The notes under the pieces are model-generated. The model worked only from the letters and a program-made list of their open reading frames with translations. It did no database searches and was not told the DNA's origin. The position numbers and the translations under genes are program-made. DNA of 64,000 bases from a virus (lineage: Duplodnaviria; Caudoviricetes), in the IMG/VR virus record IMGVR_UViG_3300046804_003398, one strand, 5' to 3'. Below are positions 8,965 through 17,627 of this stretch, piece by piece (within the stretch, counting starts at the first letter, position 1; every line of letters begins with the position of its first letter).

Positions 8965-11625
8965 TTAGAAGGTTGCCTGACCAAGAGATCCTCTAGTATT
9001 AGCAGATTTTGCCAAAGCATAGTTGACCTGACGACCATCAAGATTGACTGCGATACCACCATTTGCCATCATTGTTGTCAATGTATCGATCTTTTGAGCA
9101 ACAAGTTCAAGACCTTGTTTGATTTCTTTTGTTTCATTACTTTTGTTAGCAGACGTTACTGCCGATACTGCGGCTAGAGCAGCTACATTACCAAGTTCTA
9201 TTTTTGGTAGTTCTATACCACTTAGTTCTTTTAATGAAGAAACTGCGGCTCTAATACCAGATGCTGATATTGCTAACAAACTCAATTGTGTTGTTACTCT
9301 GGTCAATTCTCTGGTTGGGAACAATATCAAAGCAGCTCCTAGTATTCCTAATGATGCTGATAGTGCTCCAACACCAGCAGCTGCCACAATTAACAATGGG
9401 GATACCAACGCCAACTTAACAAGTGGTCCAGCTACTCCACTTACAACAGTTGGTAGTTCTTTGAATATGTCCAACATTGTTTTGAATGCTGTTGTAATAA
9501 CACCTGAAACGATGGTTCCCAATCCTAGAATTACCCCACCAATTATACCAAGTGATGGTGTAACCATTTGTATAGCTTTAGCAAATCCAATTGCTGCAAG
9601 TGATGTTACAGCCAAGGCTCCAGCAAAGATCAACAAACCAGCACCAAGTGGTGAAGGTGGTGTCATCAATCCTGCAATTATAGCTAGTCCAGCACCAAGT
9701 ATTACTAAAGCGGCAGTAAATGCTAGTATTTGTGTTGCACTGGTTTGTCCAAGCATACTCATAGCATATCCTAATCCCATGGCTGCTCCAGTGATCAACA
9801 CCAACAATACTGCTAATTTTGCCATGTCACTCCACTTGAGTCCACCAACGGCAGTTCCTAAAGAAGTAATACCTCTTGATATGCCTTCAAGACCCTTACC
9901 AAGACCTTCACCAGCGACTTGAGCAGCTTTACCAAACATATTACCCAAGAACTCCAACACCTTGGTCAATCCAAACTTAAGTGTGTAGAACGCTACTAAT
10001 ACAGTTCCAACACCCACTGTGATTGCAATCAATACTTGTGACCAAGAAGCTTTGAATGAAAGTATAGCAGCTATAGCATTAAAGAATGCCGTTTGAACCG
10101 ACATTATTATTGCGTATACTGGTTGAAGTAACTTACCAAGATTCAACAATGCTTGTTCTTTTGCTTGTGCCAACTTTTGAGATTCAGCTTCAGCAGTCTT
10201 TTGTCTCAACATCAACTCAAGTTCTGCTTTACGTGCATCAGATCCTTTTTTCTCAAGAGATCTCAATTCCTCTTGAGCTTTCTTCATTTTCTTTGCTTCT
10301 TCTGGAAACAATCGTTCTGCTTCCAATAAGTTTTTCTTTTGAGTCTGAATCTTTTGTAGTTCAGAAAAATCTTTACCAGTAGCTTCAGCAAGTGCTTTAC
10401 GTTGGTTGTAATTCAACTTGTCGAGATCACCGACACGTTCAATTTCTTTTTGTAACGCTTTTTCAGCACCGATCAAATCACCAGCAAATGCCAATCTACG
10501 TGATTCATTGAAACTCAAATTTTGACCCAACAAAGCAGCTGCTTTTAGTTCGGCTCCAATTGATGACTCAAAATTTAATAATGCTTCGGCTGATTTTGCA
10601 GCTGCATCCAAACTAGTTCCAAGTTTTCTTGCTTCTGCGGCTTGTTTGATCAACTCAGTAGTGTTACCCTTGAAAATAGTTCTAACAGCACTGCTTGCGT
10701 TAGCCACATCTTTCATCACTTGACCCATTGGAACACCAGCAGCTTCGGCAGCCTTAGCAGCAATTACAGTCATTGCTTCTTGAGCCATTACTGATGTTCC
10801 TCCTACTTCGGCAAGTGTAGTTTGGAACTTGGTTGCTTCATCTACTGACAAACCAGTCAAACGACTTATGTTGGCTGACTCTTTACCGATTGTTGCCAAT
10901 TGAGTGTCAGTCAATGCGTATTCTTTTCTAATAGCAGTTACAGCTTTTAGAATCTCTTGGTTGGTTGCAAAGTTTGAACTTAATTCACCAGTGATCTTTT
11001 GGATAGTATCATACTGTCTGTTTATTTCATCCTTGGTAGTTCCTTGTGCTTTAGCCTGTTCACTCAATAAAGCATCATACTTTTCACCAAGAGAAATTAT
11101 GGTCGAATATACAGCACTAATTACTTCAAGTGTGTTTTTTTGTTTTTCTAAGTTCTTGAGTTGTTGATCTGTTGTATACTTCAGATTAAGTGCTTCAAAG
11201 TATATTCTTTGATACTCTTCATATGATCCCTCTAAAGAAGTTCTCTGTTTTTCTAAGTATGAAAGACGTTCTTGTTCGGATCTTGTCAAATTGTTTCTAT
11301 CACCATTTTCTTTCTGTTGAAGTTGCTGCATTTCTTCAAGTTGAGCGGTGATATTAAATAATTGATTCCGAGCCTTGTCCATTGTAGCCGCATATCCAGC
11401 AGATTGGTTTTTTAGTGCTTCATATCGAGCTGCCATTTGTGACAGAGTTTTGTCCATCAAAACAGCTGGATCTACAACACTTTGCATCTTTTTTCCAAGT
11501 TCATCGGCGTTTTTTGCCAACGACCCTAGTTTTTTCATGCCCTCATTAAGTTCTTTATTGAACTTGGTAGCTGCATTATCAAGTTCACTTCTGAGGTTGC
11601 GGAGGTCTGCTGTATAATCTGCCAT
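8965..11625 (-). CDS. Tail tape measure protein
   Basis: 886 aa, helical/coiled-coil N-terminus, Ala/Gly/Leu-rich hydrophobic repeats; follows the tube and chaperone genes. Confidence 0.85.
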   Translation of the reverse strand: MADYTADLRNLRSELDNAATKFNKELNEGMKKLGSLAKNADELGKKMQSVVDPAVLMDKTLSQMAARYEALKNQSAGYAATMDKARNQLFNITAQLEEMQQLQQKENGDRNNLTRSEQERLSYLEKQRTSLEGSYEEYQRIYFEALNLKYTTDQQLKNLEKQKNTLEVISAVYSTIISLGEKYDALLSEQAKAQGTTKDEINRQYDTIQKITGELSSNFATNQEILKAVTAIRKEYALTDTQLATIGKESANISRLTGLSVDEATKFQTTLAEVGGTSVMAQEAMTVIAAKAAEAAGVPMGQVMKDVANASSAVRTIFKGNTTELIKQAAEARKLGTSLDAAAKSAEALLNFESSIGAELKAAALLGQNLSFNESRRLAFAGDLIGAEKALQKEIERVGDLDKLNYNQRKALAEATGKDFSELQKIQTQKKNLLEAERLFPEEAKKMKKAQEELRSLEKKGSDARKAELELMLRQKTAEAESQKLAQAKEQALLNLGKLLQPVYAIIMSVQTAFFNAIAAILSFKASWSQVLIAITVGVGTVLVAFYTLKFGLTKVLEFLGNMFGKAAQVAGEGLGKGLEGISRGITSLGTAVGGLKWSDMAKLAVLLVLITGAAMGLGYAMSMLGQTSATQILAFTAALVILGAGLAIIAGLMTPPSPLGAGLLIFAGALAVTSLAAIGFAKAIQMVTPSLGIIGGVILGLGTIVSGVITTAFKTMLDIFKELPTVVSGVAGPLVKLALVSPLLIVAAAGVGALSASLGILGAALILFPTRELTRVTTQLSLLAISASGIRAAVSSLKELSGIELPKIELGNVAALAAVSAVTSANKSNETKEIKQGLELVAQKIDTLTTMMANGGIAVNLDGRQVNYALAKSANTRGSLGQATF

Positions 11626-11652
11626 ATGTCAATTATACTAATAAATATCTAG

Positions 11653-11883
11653 TTATCTGAAACTAGGTCTATCTATTTTGCCTGACTTTGGCTGACTTGA
11701 AGACTGCTTTTGTGATTCTGCTTCTTTTTCCTTGGCTTCTATGAGTTTCTTGTAATAGAAGTTGCGAAGATATACAGGCAGATTGTATATCTCTGTTGGG
11801 AAGAATCCTCCGTTACCATAATAACAGAGGTCGAATATAACTTGTTGTATGTAAACCTTATACTCTTGAGTCAGGCCAAAAAA
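11653..11883 (-). CDS. Frameshift extension of the tail assembly chaperone (gpT-like)
   Basis: Open frame FFGLTQEYKVYIQQVIFDLCYYGNGGFFPTEIYNLPVYLRNFYYKKLIEAKEKEAE...PSFR* with no ATG, bounded upstream by TGA (11895-11893); it overlaps the slippery T7 run at 11884-11878. Confidence 0.65.
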   Translation of the reverse strand, partial: FFGLTQEYKVYIQQVIFDLCYYGNGGFFPTEIYNLPVYLRNFYYKKLIEAKEKEAESQKQSSSQPKSGKIDRPSFR

Positions 11884-12661
11884 ACTGGACAGTCATTGGC
11901 ACTGCTGCCCTTTCTTCGGCACCGCATTCTTTACAACTGAACTCAAACGTTGCATCGATATCAGGTGTAATTTCTTTGATGTATTGACGTAGTGCAAGAC
12001 TGTCACGACTTTGCATATTGTCAATTAGAGACTTTAGTTTTGCTGGTTCGGTTTCACCATCAAACTCAATAACAGACTTCTTTAAACGTGAAGTAACCTC
12101 GGCTGATGACTTGTTGTTTAACTTGGCAAGTGCCGCAGTTTCACGTTCGATATCCTTTTCATCACTGTCAGTCATCAACTTGAACTTGACTACTGATTTT
12201 GAGTATGGAAGTGTGAATTCAAACACACTTGTGCCTGGTTCATACTTTGTTTCATCAAGTTCCTTTTCCTTGATTTCACTCAAATTGATATTGAGACGAT
12301 TGCTTGCTTGACACTTAGGACACGTAATATCTACTGGACCATAGTTGTCACCATAAGCAATACGACGAACCGCAAAGATAACCGCATTTTTGTCACCAAT
12401 CAAAAGATCGCTCGACTTGATGTTCTTGTCTACGATCAGTGACTCCAACAACTTGTCGATTGCCAATCCTTTCTTGAGAAGATTTGGGCTGGTGAGAATA
12501 TCTTCTTCCTTGGCAGTCATCATCTTTATTTCAATAGTTCCCTTTGCGAGAGGACTATTGGGTGGATAAAAATGACCTTTACTAGGAAGATCAATAGTTT
12601 CTGTTGGAAACGTAGTTTGTTGCTTGTTTGCCACTCTTTGTAAAACGATTTCGTCACTCAT
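11858..12661 (-). CDS. Tail/baseplate assembly chaperone (gp26-like / gpG-like)
   Basis: IDLPSKGHFY...MMTAKEEDILT, two CxxC pairs (CPKC, CKEC); between tube and tape measure genes. Confidence 0.7.
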   Translation of the reverse strand: MSDEIVLQRVANKQQTTFPTETIDLPSKGHFYPPNSPLAKGTIEIKMMTAKEEDILTSPNLLKKGLAIDKLLESLIVDKNIKSSDLLIGDKNAVIFAVRRIAYGDNYGPVDITCPKCQASNRLNINLSEIKEKELDETKYEPGTSVFEFTLPYSKSVVKFKLMTDSDEKDIERETAALAKLNNKSSAEVTSRLKKSVIEFDGETEPAKLKSLIDNMQSRDSLALRQYIKEITPDIDATFEFSCKECGAEERAAVPMTVQFFWPDSRV

Positions 12662-12706
12662 AAATTATAACAATACATAGAACCAATTGTATATTTTTGG
12701 ATATTT

Positions 12707-13498
12707 TTATTTTGGCTTGATCTTCTTTTGAGCGTCTTGGGCAGCTTTTGTTAAAATACCGGCTCTCACATTAATTTTAGCAATTGCGTCCTTAAACTTG
12801 GATTCTGGTCCAACCAAAGCATCCATAAACCCATTGTCTTCAGTCATTATTTTTCTGATCAATGCCTTGATTTTTCTTCTTTTGATTTCGTCCATAGATT
12901 TCTTCTTGGTTAATATGTTGTAAATACTCTTGACTACTCCAGTTTTTACGCCTGGATAATTTGTCTGAAAATTCTGAAAGTCTCCGTTTGCCAAATCTTG
13001 TCTTAATGTGCTAGCACTGATACTTTGTCCGTTTTTTTCATCGGTTCTACCTTGATAATTTGTTGGAGCGTCATCGGTCATTTCGATCACTGACACATTT
13101 TTTGGTGCTGTTGAACCGTCTTTTGTTGGTTTGGTTTTATAACGATCAACTGCTGCTTTAAATATCTTGCTACGTTTAGCATCTTCTGGACTCTTGGAAC
13201 TGGCTGCCAATGCGATGGTTTCATTACTATCTTTTGGTAGATTGAAAACATATCCAAATGCTGCGTTCATAGGGCTGTCATCGTTGACCGGCACAACCTC
13301 CACCTTGGGGTTTGTAGGCAATAGGTTCCATATTGCTACACTCTGTTGACGGTTAACTCCATCACGTTCACTTGGTCCTACCATCACAATTACTTTACCA
13401 ACATCACTTCGACTTGCAAATTTGTTGGCTAATCCAAGATGTCCAGCATGAGGTGGTTTGAATCCACCGGGTAGTAGCACAGTTACTTTATTGTCCAT
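12707..13498 (-). CDS. HIGH-superfamily (cytidylyltransferase-like) nucleotidyltransferase
   Basis: N-terminal LLPGGFKPPHAGH and C-terminal ISASTLR (KMSKS-like). Confidence 0.75.
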   Translation of the reverse strand: MDNKVTVLLPGGFKPPHAGHLGLANKFASRSDVGKVIVMVGPSERDGVNRQQSVAIWNLLPTNPKVEVVPVNDDSPMNAAFGYVFNLPKDSNETIALAASSKSPEDAKRSKIFKAAVDRYKTKPTKDGSTAPKNVSVIEMTDDAPTNYQGRTDEKNGQSISASTLRQDLANGDFQNFQTNYPGVKTGVVKSIYNILTKKKSMDEIKRRKIKALIRKIMTEDNGFMDALVGPESKFKDAIAKINVRAGILTKAAQDAQKKIKPK

Positions 13499-13514
13499 AT
13501 CAATAAATATACAT

Positions 13515-13550
13515 AAAAGAAAAAACCCTCCGCTTTTTTGACGGAGGGTT
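13515..13550 (-). terminator. Rho-independent terminator after the tail tube gene
   Basis: 9-bp stem AACCCTCCG/CGGAGGGTT followed by a T-tract on the minus strand. Confidence 0.8.
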
Positions 13551-13573
13551 CAAAGGACATAAATGAACAGTAA

Positions 13574-14065
13574 TTAGTATTGGAGGATACAATAATCTGG
13601 TTGAACGGTCAAGTTGATCTTCATTGCTTCACCGTCGTTTGACCAGTCTAGTGAGTTGAACGTTGCTTCGGTGATGAACGAACCCTTGAGTGTCCATTCT
13701 TCTACCTTATCACCAACTGGACCTAGAACGTTGATGGTCAAGTCCTTCTTATAGAAGTCTTGGTAACCGTCACGACCAGTTACAGATTCATGGTGCAAAC
13801 GAACCCATTCCATTACAGCTTGAGCACCAGATGGAACAATTGGGTCATAAAGTTCCATTGTGATAGTTCCCCAGATACTCTTACCCTTGTAAAAAGTTCT
13901 GATGTTGATATGGTCAAGTTCCTTAGCTGTTTGTGTTAGTTTTGGACGGTCTGCCTTCTTGATGATGAATGAAGGAATGCCGTCACAATACAAGATAAAG
14001 CGGTTTTGAACCTTTGGCTCAAATGCTGTGTAAAAAATTTCTGATGGATTTAGTAATTCTGCCAT
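13574..14065 (-). CDS. gp19: Tail tube protein
   Basis: FEPKVQNRF...WGTITMELYDPIVPSGAQAVMEW...YKKDLTINVLGPVGDKVEEWTLKG. Confidence 0.9.
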   Translation of the reverse strand: MAELLNPSEIFYTAFEPKVQNRFILYCDGIPSFIIKKADRPKLTQTAKELDHINIRTFYKGKSIWGTITMELYDPIVPSGAQAVMEWVRLHHESVTGRDGYQDFYKKDLTINVLGPVGDKVEEWTLKGSFITEATFNSLDWSNDGEAMKINLTVQPDYCILQY

Positions 14066-14089
14066 AGTGTTATTCCTTTATGTCCTAGA

Positions 14090-14097
14090 TATAAATA
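14090..14097 (-). promoter_or_regulatory. Putative late promoter motif TATTTATA (tail tube)
   Basis: One of 23 copies upstream of genes; 24 nt before ATG, with AGGAA Shine-Dalgarno-like sequence in the leader. Confidence 0.6.
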
Positions 14098-14126
14098 TGA
14101 TTAAGATTCAATTCTTGTGATTTTTT

Positions 14127-15287
14127 TTATAATTTGTTGAGATCTTTATCGACAAGATTTGTGATGTTTATTCTCAACTTACTTATGAATCCACTGGCTC
14201 TCAAAAGTTTGAATACAAGGTTTTCGGTGCTGTATTCTCCTCCCGAACTCAAACCAGCTTCACGCATTTTATAGATACGTTGAACCAAGTCTTTCAATGT
14301 ATCTAAATCTTGTTGTTCGACAGCTGTGTTTATTTTAGTCACCAAGTCTTTGTATTTGGTCTTTATAGCGTCTTTGTCGATCTTAACGTCTTCATATGAT
14401 GGTTTCTTTACCCACTTGTTATGAAGGATACTATAAACAGCTTGGCTACGGTTTACATCGTTAATGTCTTGTATGTAAACTTCTACTGGATGATTGTCAA
14501 CACTGATGTCATGTTGTTCATTCCATTTGTTTTTGTAACCGTCAACTAGTTTCTTGACCAGTTCTTTGTTTTCATCAACCTTTGAAAAATCGATCAAAAC
14601 GTGTAGATCAATATCACTGGTTGGTGTCCAATTATAACCAGCTGTGCTTCCTAAAAAGTATATGTCTTCAATTGGTGCGGTCAACTCAGTATCTTTGTAA
14701 AATGTAGTTGCTATCTTTAACAACTGACTAAGAATTTCTGGTTTTAAAGTTTCACCGTCCCAAATTTCTGGATTCAAAATACTGTTGTATATTCTGTATG
14801 ACTCTTTGACACCCAACGTTTCTTTGAGTTTATTGATAGTGTCTGTTGCATTTTTGTGAAGTATACCAATGCCACCAGCTTGAATAAACTCATTTACGTT
14901 GTCTTCACGGTCGTCAATCAATATTGAGTCTGGTGTAGCAAATTTAGCTTTGTCTTCTCTTTCTGGAACCAAGTTTTGTTTGAGTGTAATGTTGTGATTC
15001 GACAACCACTTTTCTTTGCCTTGTATACACTCTGGATCAGTTCCATGACTCAATATTTCAGTTGGAAACTCTTTGATGAAATTGTAAAGAATTTTACCGT
15101 CGTTCATCCAAGGCATCGTTGCATAAAAATTGGGACTGTTTTTATGAACCAACTCGTATCTTTTTTCTTTACCGTGTTCAGCCTCGTATGTTTCTACTGG
15201 AACTCCAAATAATCTTTCAAACTGTTTTTCCCAGTCTGTCAGAACTCCATCCATATCAACGTAAATTTTGTATTTGCTTTGAACCAT
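14127..15287 (-). CDS. Fusion: HAD 5'(3')-nucleotidase-like domain + Pol-beta-type nucleotidyltransferase
   Basis: N-terminal IYVDMDGVLTD...ILIDD; C-terminal FLGSTAGYNWTPTSDIDLHV and VEVYIQD. Confidence 0.75.
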   Translation of the reverse strand: MVQSKYKIYVDMDGVLTDWEKQFERLFGVPVETYEAEHGKEKRYELVHKNSPNFYATMPWMNDGKILYNFIKEFPTEILSHGTDPECIQGKEKWLSNHNITLKQNLVPEREDKAKFATPDSILIDDREDNVNEFIQAGGIGILHKNATDTINKLKETLGVKESYRIYNSILNPEIWDGETLKPEILSQLLKIATTFYKDTELTAPIEDIYFLGSTAGYNWTPTSDIDLHVLIDFSKVDENKELVKKLVDGYKNKWNEQHDISVDNHPVEVYIQDINDVNRSQAVYSILHNKWVKKPSYEDVKIDKDAIKTKYKDLVTKINTAVEQQDLDTLKDLVQRIYKMREAGLSSGGEYSTENLVFKLLRASGFISKLRINITNLVDKDLNKL

Positions 15288-15303
15288 TATATTAATAAAT
15301 ATG

Positions 15304-15627
15304 TCACTTTTTAAGAAACAAGGAGTATATTACACGACCAAGTTGTGCGCTAAACTTTCTTACTTTATACTCTGGTATATCCCAAAAAAATGCGTGAGTA
15401 ACTTCTTCAATCAACACATTTAGTCTACGTCTAGTTAAAAGACTCTTATCAATTAATATTCTGGAGTTTTTAAGGCTTGGATTAAAACACCAACCATCAG
15501 CATCTTTTATGTCGGAAAAATGAATCGGAATAATCTGCTTTAAGTAAGTTTCTATACTTAGTTGCTGCGTTTTGCTGATGCTGCGTTGCTTGTTGCGCTT
15601 ATTGCGCTTTTTAATTTTAGCATTCAT
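15304..15627 (-). CDS. Hypothetical protein
   Basis: 107-aa ORF with a basic N-terminus; IEEVTHAFF is only an imperfect zincin-like motif. Confidence 0.5.
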   Translation of the reverse strand: MNAKIKKRNKRNKQRSISKTQQLSIETYLKQIIPIHFSDIKDADGWCFNPSLKNSRILIDKSLLTRRRLNVLIEEVTHAFFWDIPEYKVRKFSAQLGRVIYSLFLKK

Positions 15628-15668
15628 ATATTAAGCACATAAACAGCAAGGCTTGCTGCGCTTATACT

Positions 15669-15851
15669 TTATATATTCAGAATGTCAACTAATTTTACTC
15701 CGAGACCCACAGAAATATCCAACTTTATTTTATGTGATTGGAATAGTTCTTCGAATACCGTTAAAAAATCTTCGTCTACAGACCCATTACTTTGCGAGTT
15801 GATGGGTTCGTAGTAGACTTCATCATCATACTGCTCAAACCTTAGTTTCAC
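15669..15851 (-). CDS. Small acidic hypothetical protein
   Basis: GTG start 4 nt after TATTTATA. Confidence 0.5.
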   Translation of the reverse strand: MKLRFEQYDDEVYYEPINSQSNGSVDEDFLTVFEELFQSHKIKLDISVGLGVKLVDILNI

Positions 15852-15869
15852 ATAATATAAATATGTGAA

Positions 15870-16151
15870 TTATTTAGCAGCAGGTTTAAAAGTTCCGTCT
15901 TTGATATTCAAAACACCATCGCCATACTTCTGGCTCAACTGTTGAAGAATGTCATTTTCTTCCTTTTGAATAGTAGTCCAGTCTTCAAGCAACTTCTTTC
16001 TTGCATTACCAAGATCATTCAGTTGTTGATCCAAATCAATCTTGGCAAGTTCAAGTTGACCAAGTTCAAATATCTTTTGTTGATACTTGCCTTGGAGTTG
16101 CGCAATTTGTTGCATTTCTGCGTCGGTAAACTTTGTAACATTTTCACTCAT
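15870..16151 (-). CDS. Small coiled-coil hypothetical protein
   Basis: MSENVTKFTDAEMQQIAQLQGKYQQ...; ATG 4 nt after TATTTATT. Confidence 0.7.
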   Translation of the reverse strand: MSENVTKFTDAEMQQIAQLQGKYQQKIFELGQLELAKIDLDQQLNDLGNARKKLLEDWTTIQKEENDILQQLSQKYGDGVLNIKDGTFKPAAK

Positions 16152-16189
16152 ATACAATAAATACAGGCGGGTTGATCCCCGCTTTTATT

Positions 16190-17584
16190 TTATTCAGGTC
16201 TATCAATCAAGATCTTCAACTTATCAACGTCCTTACGTTCAGCGTTAATCATATAATAGAAATTGACAGTTCCCTTATTAAACAATCTGTTCAAGAAGTT
16301 TGCCTTTCTATCAACACCGATATAAATCTTGTTACCTTCTATCTTTTCGACATAATAAGTGTCAGGAGCACCAATTGCGGTCAAATGAACAGTGATTGTG
16401 GCTTCATCAATCAACCATGTCCAGTAATCAGGCAACTCAATAGACAACGATTCAGATCTACCACGAACGAATACAGCGTGTTCTGGACCTTCCAAGGTAG
16501 CATGAACAAGCCTCTTTGTTTGATCTTCTTGGTGATCAATAACGAATGACTTTGTAGATGCGGCAAACGAACCATTAACCTCAAAATTAAACTGCGGATC
16601 GGTTTTATTGTTTACACCAATCCTACTGCCTGTCACATAGAACACGTTTGTTCCATCGACACTACTTACAACCCTAAATGGTGCTGATGACCCACTGGCG
16701 ACCAATTGACGTTCAACAATAACATCTCTACCAACTATAACGTCGTTCTCAACGGTCAAGTCATTGTTTACTTGAGCATTGGTGGTTGTGATAATATCAT
16801 TGACAACCGCTGTGCCAGCCATCAAACTACCAACGTCTGCATTACTAGCACTCAAACTACCACTCAATACCAACCCACTAGATTTATCTTCCCAAATTCC
16901 GTCAGCGGCGTTATAGACTAAGAATGCGCCGTCTGCTGGAGAAGCACTACTACTAACATTGCTTATTTCATCAATGGTAGTTGGTTGTTTTACGTCAACA
17001 AAGATAGATCCAGTAGTGTTGTTTACACCGGTGATATAACCAACCTTGACCACATCTCTAGGAGCATGTGGACGAATACTAGTATATGAACCAGAAACCG
17101 AAGGACTTACAAACAGTTCATCGCCAAGAGAAAATCCAGTAGCAGTGTTTAAACCAGTCAAATATCCACTGGTCAAAACATAACCAGTAAATCCAGCTGG
17201 TATTGAATCATTGACAACACCCAAAATGTCACTGGTAATTGTAGATCCAGGAGTGTGTATTTTGGAAACTGCTAAATCAACAACTATTTGAGAACTTAAA
17301 TTACTTCCAATTACACTAACAACTTGGCCTTTAGAGAGCGTAAGTCCAGAACCATTTTGAACCAAAACCAAACTTGGACTAGGACCACCACCACCGTTCG
17401 AAGCATAAGAAGCACTTAAAGCATACGAAGCAGATTCAACTCTTACAGAAGACGAAGGAATTACAACCGGGATTTTATTTTCATCAAAAGCTAACAAAGA
17501 CGCAGTTTGTGGTCGAATAACCTGCTCAGTAAACGAACTACCACTTCTGCGGCTTAATAATAAATCCTTTTCTAAAAAAATCAT
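16190..17584 (-). CDS. Fibre-like virion protein with C-terminal chaperone-like domain
   Basis: Ser/Gly/Thr/Val-rich beta repeats; C-terminal KSFVIDH...LVHATLEGPE...IELPDYW, as in phage fibres. Confidence 0.6.
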   Translation of the reverse strand: MIFLEKDLLLSRRSGSSFTEQVIRPQTASLLAFDENKIPVVIPSSSVRVESASYALSASYASNGGGGPSPSLVLVQNGSGLTLSKGQVVSVIGSNLSSQIVVDLAVSKIHTPGSTITSDILGVVNDSIPAGFTGYVLTSGYLTGLNTATGFSLGDELFVSPSVSGSYTSIRPHAPRDVVKVGYITGVNNTTGSIFVDVKQPTTIDEISNVSSSASPADGAFLVYNAADGIWEDKSSGLVLSGSLSASNADVGSLMAGTAVVNDIITTTNAQVNNDLTVENDVIVGRDVIVERQLVASGSSAPFRVVSSVDGTNVFYVTGSRIGVNNKTDPQFNFEVNGSFAASTKSFVIDHQEDQTKRLVHATLEGPEHAVFVRGRSESLSIELPDYWTWLIDEATITVHLTAIGAPDTYYVEKIEGNKIYIGVDRKANFLNRLFNKGTVNFYYMINAERKDVDKLKILIDRPE

Positions 17585-17627
17585 ATCTTAGTCTAATATA
17601 AATATGAACAGTTCCAGATATATTCAA

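Noticed and set aside
9119-9922. 267-aa plus-strand ORF
   Set aside because: Antisense shadow of the Ala/Leu/Gly-rich tape measure region; no start signals or recognisable motifs.
15340-15420. Zincin protease call for 15304-15627
   Set aside because: Motif is EEVTH, not HExxH; insufficient support.
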